A stretch of 64,000 nucleotides of DNA from a virus (taxonomy: Duplodnaviria; Caudoviricetes): positions 219 to 64,218 of the IMG/VR virus record IMGVR_UViG_3300025138_000037; one strand, given 5' to 3'. The first letter of the stretch is position 1; the number at the start of each line of letters is the position of its first letter. Shown piece by piece: positions 56,915 through 64,000 of the stretch. A program made the position numbers and the translations under genes. The notes under the pieces are model-generated. The model made no database searches, had not been told where the DNA came from, and saw only the letters and a program-made list of their open reading frames with translations.

Positions 56915-57999
56915 CCAAAAGTTTTACAGATTTTTCAACAGGCCTATTGGCATTAAAAGAAAAATTAGAAAAAAAGGAAGATATTGCCAACGTTGCAGGT
57001 GATGGTGCAGTATCTATGCCACCTACTGCCAAGAAAGTAATCAAAAGAAAAAAACAAACATTTAACGTATCACAAAAAGTTTTTGATATGTTTAGAAATG
57101 GTAAAAAGAAATTTGAGAAGTGGTCAAAATACTTAGACCTTGCTGATGAAAGTCAATTAGCCCTATACAATTGGGCAATCAAAAATCATACAGGTGTTAT
57201 TATACTACAAAACGCAACAACAGGTGAAGTCAGAGCAATACGACATAACCGTATGGGTGGCGGCCAATGGCATAAACTAAGTCGTGGTCTCAAAGAAGAC
57301 AAAGTACCACCTAGTGTAGAGAAAGACGCTGAGAAATTTGTTAAAGATTTAAAACCTAAAAAAGCAGACTTTGTAAAGAGATATGGCAAAGACGCTAAGA
57401 AAGTTATGTATGCTACAGGCATGAACATGGCAAAGAAAAAACATGGTATTGAGAATAAACAATTTGGTAGTTTCATATCACAAATCAAAGATAGTATAGA
57501 GAACATAGGTGTAAGAAAAGAAAGTTTTAATACACAGGCTGCAAAGATGATGTATGAAACACCAGCAACACCAAACGAGAACAACATAGAAGTATTAAGA
57601 GATATAGTCAAAGATAATATTACAAAGAAAGTAGTATTTGAAAAAGCAGGTACAATGAGAGTTGACCCACAAACGGCAAACGTATTGTTATCTGTTTATG
57701 ATGAGTTGCACGAAGACCTGAAGAATAAATTTCAACAAATGTTAAACTTCAATCAAATGGGTCTAAAGTCATTACGAAATATGGCCTATGAGATTGCAAC
57801 GGTGGGTGAAATGAGCCGTGGTATGGGCGAACCTATGGGTCTGGCAAGACCTATTGCAAGTATAGGTAATATGAAATCACCTAGAAGTCGTCCTGCATAT
57901 GCTCTTAATGCAAAGAAGAAAAAAGAAATTAAATCAACGGCAAAAGGTCCTGGTCTAGGTACTTTTAAACCTATGAATTTAATAGCGAGGAAGAAATAA
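56911..57999 (+). CDS. Modular hypothetical protein (candidate internal protein)
   Basis: MTKSFTDF start; EDIANVAG; FVKRYGKDAKKVMYAT module. Confidence 0.65.
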   Translation: MTKSFTDFSTGLLALKEKLEKKEDIANVAGDGAVSMPPTAKKVIKRKKQTFNVSQKVFDMFRNGKKKFEKWSKYLDLADESQLALYNWAIKNHTGVIILQNATTGEVRAIRHNRMGGGQWHKLSRGLKEDKVPPSVEKDAEKFVKDLKPKKADFVKRYGKDAKKVMYATGMNMAKKKHGIENKQFGSFISQIKDSIENIGVRKESFNTQAAKMMYETPATPNENNIEVLRDIVKDNITKKVVFEKAGTMRVDPQTANVLLSVYDELHEDLKNKFQQMLNFNQMGLKSLRNMAYEIATVGEMSRGMGEPMGLARPIASIGNMKSPRSRPAYALNAKKKKEIKSTAKGPGLGTFKPMNLIARKK

Positions 58000-58748
58000 T
58001 GTTAGGACTACAACCAGAATTTTCGTGGAAGAACGCAACAATAATGGCGAAAGCGGCAGCAACAGCATACAATGATTTGACCGCATTTCAAAAACAATTT
58101 GACCCAGAAGCAGTATTATTTGATAAAGACGGTACACAAGTATTTTGTTATAAAGATGGTAAACATGCTTGTGTTGCATTTAGAGGTACAGAACCAACAG
58201 CATGGTCAGATATTAAAGCAGATTTAAAAATAAGACGAGTAAAATGTCCTACAGGATTTGTCCATAGAGGATTTAGAGACGCATTAGACGAAGTATGGGC
58301 AGATGTAGTTGCCTGGATTGCTAAACAAAAGTGTGAACATGTATTCTTTACTGGTCACAGTTTAGGTGGTGCATTAGCGACACTAGCTGCAAGTAGATGG
58401 AACACAGTAACAACTCATTTATATACATATGGGTCACCAAGAGTAGGTGGTAAAAAGTTCATACAATCTTTTAAAACAAAAGAAAGATATAGATTTAGAA
58501 ACAATAACGATATCGTAACAAGAGTACCATTTGAAGTATTTGGTTACAAACATGTATCAGGTGAGGGTGGTAACTTTATATACTTTGATATTGATGGTAA
58601 TTTAGCGACAAAATTTAGCAGATGGTATATGTTTAAACAATGGTGGAAAGGTACATTTAGAGGTGTGTCTCATCTACAGATAGATGGTTTTAGTGACCAT
58701 GGCATACATAACTACCACGATTATTGTAAAAGAGAAATGGATAAGTAA
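57999..58748 (+). CDS. Class 3 lipase (alpha/beta hydrolase)
   Basis: VAFRGT, VHRGF, GHSLGG nucleophile elbow, TYGSPRVG, NDIVTRVP, DH. Confidence 0.92.
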   Translation: MLGLQPEFSWKNATIMAKAAATAYNDLTAFQKQFDPEAVLFDKDGTQVFCYKDGKHACVAFRGTEPTAWSDIKADLKIRRVKCPTGFVHRGFRDALDEVWADVVAWIAKQKCEHVFFTGHSLGGALATLAASRWNTVTTHLYTYGSPRVGGKKFIQSFKTKERYRFRNNNDIVTRVPFEVFGYKHVSGEGGNFIYFDIDGNLATKFSRWYMFKQWWKGTFRGVSHLQIDGFSDHGIHNYHDYCKREMDK

Positions 58749-59035
58749 TGTGGGATATGATATCTCAAATGGCAGGTGATAGACTATGGATTTACACCGC
58801 TATTGCAGGTTCTTTACTGAGTGCTGCCTTTTTATTCTGGTTTAAAGATACAAGAATGGCAACATGGGGTGTCGCCAAGTTTGACCGTACATTAGAATAT
58901 CTAGTAAATAGATGGGGTTGGACATGGTTACAGAATGACCCAGACGCATGGCGTAAGAAATACCCACGCATAACAAAAAAGATAGACGATTTAGAAAGCA
59001 GATTAGACGAATTAGAAAAATTTGATAAACAGTAA
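58748..59035 (+). CDS. Small membrane protein
   Basis: One hydrophobic helix (LWIYTAIAGSLLSAAFLFW) and a C-terminal coiled coil. Confidence 0.65.
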   Translation: MWDMISQMAGDRLWIYTAIAGSLLSAAFLFWFKDTRMATWGVAKFDRTLEYLVNRWGWTWLQNDPDAWRKKYPRITKKIDDLESRLDELEKFDKQ

Positions 59036-59487
59036 TGTTCAGTAGTTTGAAAATAGGTTTGGTATTATTAATGATGGCAGGTGCCGGTGGAGGTTTTCTA
59101 TATGTCAAAAAATTACAAAAAGATAATGAAATACTTAAAGTCAATCAGGCTAAACTTGAAACGGCTGTGGAAGAAAGTACGGCTGTTATTGAACAACAAA
59201 CTAAAGACTTAGGTAAAATAAGAGATACATTAAGTAAAGTACAAGAACAAAAAGACAGATTACAAAAAGACAAAGACGCATTGAGTAATAGACTAGGTAA
59301 GCATGATATTGGTAATCTTGCAGAAAATAAACCTGGTCTTGTAGAGAAAATAATTAACAAAGCAAGTGATAGTGCTACCAGATGTTTAGAAATTGCAAGT
59401 GGTAGTCCTTTAACGGAAGAGGAGATAAATGGAACGCCTAATAGGGAATGTCCTGGTTTTTGGCCTGACGATACTGTTTCTGAATAG
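59035..59487 (+). CDS. Putative inner-membrane spanin (Rz-like)
   Basis: N-terminal TM helix, long coiled coil, KPGLVEKIIN, C-terminal Cys; overlaps the lipoprotein gene. Confidence 0.7.
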   Translation: MFSSLKIGLVLLMMAGAGGGFLYVKKLQKDNEILKVNQAKLETAVEESTAVIEQQTKDLGKIRDTLSKVQEQKDRLQKDKDALSNRLGKHDIGNLAENKPGLVEKIINKASDSATRCLEIASGSPLTEEEINGTPNRECPGFWPDDTVSE

Positions 59488-59794
59488 TTGTGCAGGTCTA
59501 GCTGTAAAGGAGATATCTAATTATAAGATTGAAAAAAAGCGGGAACCGTTAGCGTTAACTGCCCCATCCCCTTTAAGTTTACAGGATGTAGATTGGATTA
59601 TAATAACAAAAGATAATGCTGACGAAGTATTTGATAAGATAAAGAATGAAAAGAACGGTGACTATGCTTTGTTTGCAGTTACAGATAAAGGTTATGAAAA
59701 ACTTGCTCTGAACATGGCAGATATCAGAAACAAGTTGGCGGAACAAAGACAAATCATTCTGTCATATAAGGAATACTACGAGGATGGCGAATAA
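59429..59794 (+). CDS. Putative outer-membrane spanin (Rz1-like lipoprotein)
   Basis: Lipobox LNSC; Pro-rich segment; YEKLALNMADIR. Confidence 0.7.
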   Translation: MERLIGNVLVFGLTILFLNSCAGLAVKEISNYKIEKKREPLALTAPSPLSLQDVDWIIITKDNADEVFDKIKNEKNGDYALFAVTDKGYEKLALNMADIRNKLAEQRQIILSYKEYYEDGE

Positions 59795-60248
59795 TATAGA
59801 TGATTTGGTTAAAGATATTGCAACATTAAAGGCAGACGTTAAACAATCAAATCAAATACATTCAAGGTTAGATGACGCTATAGTTAGACTTACAGATATA
59901 TCTAGCAGTATCAAGTCTATGTTAGCCGTACATGATGAGAAAATAAAGAGAGTTGATTCCTCACAAGAAGATATTCTATCTCTATTAGAAGATAGAAGAC
60001 GAGAGTGGGACGTTGATTTAAAAGAATTACATAGTCGTATAAGTACACAAGGACGAGAATTACGAGAGGCAATCCAAGATACTACTTTACGAGGTGAGAG
60101 ACAACACCGTGAACACGCTGAAGCTATTGAGAAAGTTGAAGACGCTTTATCTAATAGAGTTGGCGTGTTAGAAAAATGGCGTTGGTTAATAATTGGTGGT
60201 GCAATACTACTAGGTTTTATTATACAAAACATGTCGTTTCTACAGTAG
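59784..60248 (+). CDS. Coiled-coil protein with C-terminal TM helix (holin/XhlA-like candidate)
   Basis: LAVHDEKI, RVGVLEKWRWLIIGGAILLGF. Confidence 0.55.
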   Translation: MANNIDDLVKDIATLKADVKQSNQIHSRLDDAIVRLTDISSSIKSMLAVHDEKIKRVDSSQEDILSLLEDRRREWDVDLKELHSRISTQGRELREAIQDTTLRGERQHREHAEAIEKVEDALSNRVGVLEKWRWLIIGGAILLGFIIQNMSFLQ

Positions 60249-60388
60249 CACAAAATTAACACATAATTGGCACAGTTTTAAGTATGTTCTCCTTGCATGG
60301 AGACTATGCAAACATAATGCGTTACAAACATGTTAAAATATGTTATAATATGATAAATATTTTTGAACATGAAAGGAAAAATGAACAC

Positions 60389-60565
60389 ATGGTACAACTC
60401 ATACAAAACTTCTTTAGCGCACTTAGGTTTTCACCTGTCAATTATGGCTATAATTTTGATAATGTGGATGCAAATCTTGTCCGTTATTTTAGGAACGAAT
60501 ATGGACGGGACTGGCAAGGGGCGCTTGGCGAACACTTACATAAAACAAACAAAATTAGAAGATAA
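60389..60565 (+). CDS. Small hypothetical protein
   Basis: MVQLIQNFF...LVRYFRNEYGRDW; frame choice uncertain (alternative ATG at 60381). Confidence 0.45.
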   Translation: MVQLIQNFFSALRFSPVNYGYNFDNVDANLVRYFRNEYGRDWQGALGEHLHKTNKIRR

Positions 60566-60571
60566 TTAGGC

Positions 60572-60600
60572 TTGACTTTATAGCAGTTTTGTGATATAAT
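60572..60600 (+). promoter_or_regulatory. Sigma70-type promoter TTGACT-N17-TATAAT
   Basis: GGCTTGACT...TGA TATAAT; heads the oxygenase-primase-nrdA unit. Confidence 0.75.
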
Positions 60601-60610
60601 ACATAGTATT

Positions 60611-61135
60611 ATGAAATTGCAACAAATATTTCCACGAATTATTGGCGAGGCTCACTTTAACTTTGACCTATTAGACGATATAAACAAAATACGAGATAAT
60701 CCCTCTGGTACACCTAAACGTTGGGTATCAAACAAAACATACAGTACATTTGGTAAAGACTTATGGGATTATCCTAGTTTTCACCCTTTCTTAGAATGGC
60801 AAGATAGTCAAGTCACCACCTATTGTAAAGACCAAAATATCAAGTTTGAACAATTCAATTGTCAATCTTGGTTTAACATCTATACTAAAGGTGACTTCCA
60901 AGAAACACATAATCACAATATATCTGGACAACATCTAAGCACAATTTATATGTGTAAAGGACCTACAGGTAGCGCATATACATACTTTAGTGATTTTCAA
61001 ATACAAGACCAGTATCGCTTTGAATTTGAAGAAGGTACATTACTGATATTTCCATCACACATGTTGCATGGTGTATCTCAACACGAATTAGATGATGAAA
61101 GGATTACTATTGCTAGTAATTATAAATTAACTTGA
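60611..61135 (+). CDS. Putative 2OG-Fe(II) oxygenase
   Basis: SWFNIYTKGDFQETHNH, LSTIY, EGTLLIFPSHMLHGV, RITIASN. Confidence 0.85.
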   Translation: MKLQQIFPRIIGEAHFNFDLLDDINKIRDNPSGTPKRWVSNKTYSTFGKDLWDYPSFHPFLEWQDSQVTTYCKDQNIKFEQFNCQSWFNIYTKGDFQETHNHNISGQHLSTIYMCKGPTGSAYTYFSDFQIQDQYRFEFEEGTLLIFPSHMLHGVSQHELDDERITIASNYKLT

Positions 61136-62115
61136 TAGACTTACAATATTTACACCAGATATCCTACAAACTAGATAGATTTAAAAAGAAATCTCAACAT
61201 CTATATAACTTTAGATGTCCTTACTGTGGCGATAGTCAAAAGAAACAATCTAAAGCAAGAGGTTTTGTTTATCGTAGTAAACAAGATTATTTTTTTAAAT
61301 GTCATAACTGTGGTAAAGGTACATCATTAGGCAAACTGATAGAACATATTGACCCAGACCTTTATAAGAAGTGGGTTGTAGAGAAGTTTAAAAAAGGTAG
61401 TAAGAAACACAAAGAACCAGAATTTGAATTTAAACCTGTACGATTTGATGATAAAAATTTAAAGAAGTTAAAGAAACTATCTGAGTTGCCTCATCACCCA
61501 GCCTATGACTTATTCATTACAAAGCGTAAGTTAGAAGACCACGCTGACAAGTTCTATGTTACATGGCATTTTATGACATGGGTCAATAGTATCATACCTA
61601 ACAAGTTTCCTAATATAAAAGAAGACCATCCACGTATCATCATACCATTCTTTGATACATCAGGTAAGATGTTTGCCTTTCAAGGCAGAGCGTTTGGTGA
61701 TGAAGAACCAAAATATATCACCATCAAATTAGATGAGAACAAAAGAAGAATATATGGCCTAGACAGAATAGACATAAAGAAAGAGATTAAAGTGGTAGAA
61801 GGTCCTATTGATAGTCTCTTTATAGACAATGCTGTTGCCTGTGCAGGTGCAGATATGGTCTTACCAAGAAGTAAAGATAATGCTGTGTATATCTTTGACA
61901 ATGAACCAAGAAATACCGTCATTATTAAAAAAATAGAAAATTTAATTACTCAAGGATACCGTGTGTGTATCTGGCCTAAAAACATAAAAGAGAAGGATAT
62001 CAATGATTTAATAATGTCAGGTTATTCTAAAGTAGAGATTGAAGATATTATACATAATAATACGTTTTCAAAATTATCAGCAATACAACAATTAAACAAT
62101 TATAAGGAGGTATAA
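61132..62115 (+). CDS. gp61: DNA primase gp61
   Basis: RCPYCGDS, CHNC, FQGR, VEGPIDSLF, FDNEPRN, KDIND; TTG start. Confidence 0.95.
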   Translation: MIDLQYLHQISYKLDRFKKKSQHLYNFRCPYCGDSQKKQSKARGFVYRSKQDYFFKCHNCGKGTSLGKLIEHIDPDLYKKWVVEKFKKGSKKHKEPEFEFKPVRFDDKNLKKLKKLSELPHHPAYDLFITKRKLEDHADKFYVTWHFMTWVNSIIPNKFPNIKEDHPRIIIPFFDTSGKMFAFQGRAFGDEEPKYITIKLDENKRRIYGLDRIDIKKEIKVVEGPIDSLFIDNAVACAGADMVLPRSKDNAVYIFDNEPRNTVIIKKIENLITQGYRVCIWPKNIKEKDINDLIMSGYSKVEIEDIIHNNTFSKLSAIQQLNNYKEV

Positions 62116-62116
62116 A

Positions 62117-64000
62117 TTGTCCCAAGACACTATTAACGTACAGAAAAGAAATGGTAGGGGCTTAGAACCTCTGGATATTCAGAAAATACATTCCATGGTG
62201 GCGTATGCATGTGAAGGTTTATCTAACGTATCTGAAAGTCAGGTAGAAATGGCAAGTGGACTACAATTCCATGACGGCATGACTACAGATGCTATACAAC
62301 AAATACTGATTAAATCAGCAAATGATTTGATTACTTTAGAGAATCCTAATTATCAATATGTGGCTGCTAGATTGTTATTGTTTAGTCTTCGTAAATCTCT
62401 CCATCATAAATTATGGGACCACCCAACAGTAAAAGAACATATACATAAATGTATTGAGTTGGGTGTCTATGATAAAGAAATTGTAAACTGGTATGATGAG
62501 GACGAACTAGACCAGATGAACAGTTTTATCAAACATGATAGAGATTATTTGTTTTCATATGCAGGTATGCGACAAGTAATTGATAAATACCTTGTCCAAG
62601 ACCGTTCAAACGGTGCTATATTTGAAACACCACAATACATGTATATGATGATTGCGGCTACATTGTTTCGTAATTATGGTAAAGACAGGAGAATGAGTTA
62701 TGTTAAGAAATATTACAATGCAATTTCAAATCATCTTATCAATATTCCCACACCTGTTATGGCTGGTGTCCGTACTCCTCTTCGCCAGTTTGCTAGTTGT
62801 GTTTTGGTCGATAGTGATGATACTATTAATAGTATTTTTTCTAGTGACATGGCTATTGGACGTTACGTTTCGCAAAGGGCAGGCATTGGTATCAACGCAG
62901 GCAGAATCCGTGGAATCAATAGTAGAATACGGGGTGGAGAAGTCCAGCACACTGGCGTTGTCCCTTTTCTCAAAAAATTTGAGGCAACTGTTAAATGCTG
63001 TACTCAAAACGGTGTACGAGGCGGGTCAGCAACTGTACACTTTCCTATTTGGCACCAAGAAATAGAAGATATCATTGTTTTAAAGAACAATAAAGGCACG
63101 GAAGACAATAGAGTCCGTAAATTAGATTACTCTATACAAATCTCAAAACTATTCTATGAAAGATTTATTTCTGGTGGTGATATTACACTATTCTCACCAC
63201 ATGAAGTACCAGGTCTTTATGACGCTTTTGGTACAGATGAGTTTGACGATTTATATACAAAGTTTGAACGAAGTACAAAAGTAAAAGGTAAGAAAATACC
63301 GGCACAAAAACTATTTGGTGATATACTCAAAGAAAGAGCAGAAACAGGTCGTATTTACATAATGAATATTGACCACGTTAACACACATTCAAGTTTCAAA
63401 GACCATGTGTATATGTCAAACTTATGTCAGGAGATTACACTACCTACTGACCCATTAGAGCATATTGATGGTGAAGGTGAGATTGCATTATGTATATTAA
63501 GCGCAATTAATATGGGTGCAATAACAGACAAGGAAGAGTTAGAAGGACTATGTGATTTATCAGTACGAGGACTAGAGGAATTGATAGACCTCCAACAATA
63601 TCCAGTTCACGCTGCAGAGATATCAACTAAGGCTAGACGTAGTTTAGGCATTGGTTATATTGGGTTGGCACACTTTCTGGCAAAGAATAAAGTTAATTAT
63701 GCTAGTAAAGAAGCATGGCGTTTGATTGACGAATATACTGAAGCATTCCAATACTATTTACTTAAATCAAGTAATGCAATTGCCAAAGAAAAAGGTATGT
63801 GTGAATATTTTGATAGAACTAAATATTATGATGGAATATTACCTATTGACACTTACAAAAAAGATGTTGATACTGTTGTAAAAAGGAAACTATCATATGA
63901 TTGGACTACTCTTAGACAAGATATCAAGGAATACGGACTACGACACTCTACGCTTTCAGCCCAAATGCCGTCAGAAAGCTCATCTGTTGTGTGTAATGAA
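62117..64000 (+). CDS. nrdA: Ribonucleotide reductase class Ia alpha subunit (3'-truncated)
   Basis: RBS AAGGAGG, TTG start; ATP cone VQKRNG; PTPVMAGVRTP..QFASC; SNLCQE; RHSTLSAQMPSESSS. Not in the ORF track. Confidence 0.95.
   Translation, partial: MSQDTINVQKRNGRGLEPLDIQKIHSMVAYACEGLSNVSESQVEMASGLQFHDGMTTDAIQQILIKSANDLITLENPNYQYVAARLLLFSLRKSLHHKLWDHPTVKEHIHKCIELGVYDKEIVNWYDEDELDQMNSFIKHDRDYLFSYAGMRQVIDKYLVQDRSNGAIFETPQYMYMMIAATLFRNYGKDRRMSYVKKYYNAISNHLINIPTPVMAGVRTPLRQFASCVLVDSDDTINSIFSSDMAIGRYVSQRAGIGINAGRIRGINSRIRGGEVQHTGVVPFLKKFEATVKCCTQNGVRGGSATVHFPIWHQEIEDIIVLKNNKGTEDNRVRKLDYSIQISKLFYERFISGGDITLFSPHEVPGLYDAFGTDEFDDLYTKFERSTKVKGKKIPAQKLFGDILKERAETGRIYIMNIDHVNTHSSFKDHVYMSNLCQEITLPTDPLEHIDGEGEIALCILSAINMGAITDKEELEGLCDLSVRGLEELIDLQQYPVHAAEISTKARRSLGIGYIGLAHFLAKNKVNYASKEAWRLIDEYTEAFQYYLLKSSNAIAKEKGMCEYFDRTKYYDGILPIDTYKKDVDTVVKRKLSYDWTTLRQDIKEYGLRHSTLSAQMPSESSSVVCNE

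Noticed and set aside
2722-62115. Numerous short minus-strand ORFs in the track
   Set aside because: Antisense shadows of well-supported plus-strand genes, with no recognisable motifs
62700-63065. Alternative-frame ORFs (121 aa +, 93 aa -)
   Set aside because: Shadows of nrdA, which the track missed because it runs off the window
1-64000. CRISPR arrays, introns/inteins, integrase, stop-codon recoding
   Set aside because: No spaced direct repeats seen; gp17, gp41, gp43 and the visible part of nrdA look uninterrupted; genes end normally at TAA, TAG and TGA

Overview
A 64-kb segment of a low-GC, T4-like (Tevenvirinae/Kyanoviridae-type) marine myophage genome. The host is probably an alphaproteobacterium such as SAR11 or SAR116; this is inferred from the bS21 and BMP protein types and an alpha-type LexA box. 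Gene order: five minus-strand 2OG-Fe(II) oxygenases; the neck-terminase-tail-head module (gp13-gp23); a BMP-family solute-binding protein; gp3-uvsY-uvsW-gp55-gp47-gp46; a candidate DNA-modification locus (oxygenase, beta-glucosyltransferase-like, DUF4338); a vWA/MoxR pair; an RNA-rich locus (non-canonical tRNA-Gly, bS21, anticodon-like hairpins, ROSE-like thermometer, hsp20); the replisome (gp45-44-62-regA-43, second DUF4338, uvsX, gp41); about 12 kb of late genes that look like capsid-packaged internal proteins; a lipase/spanin/holin-like lysis block; primase; and a 3'-truncated nrdA. The most interesting candidate system is a tRNA-Gly that keeps all GlyRS identity elements but lacks the translation-related D/T-loop consensus. 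It co-occurs with two Mom/GNAT-like DUF4338 paralogs and a BGT-like glycosyltransferase in or near the T4 DNA-modification slots, which suggests tRNA-dependent DNA hypermodification with a phage-supplied donor tRNA. All calls come from motif recognition and synteny; no database searches were run.
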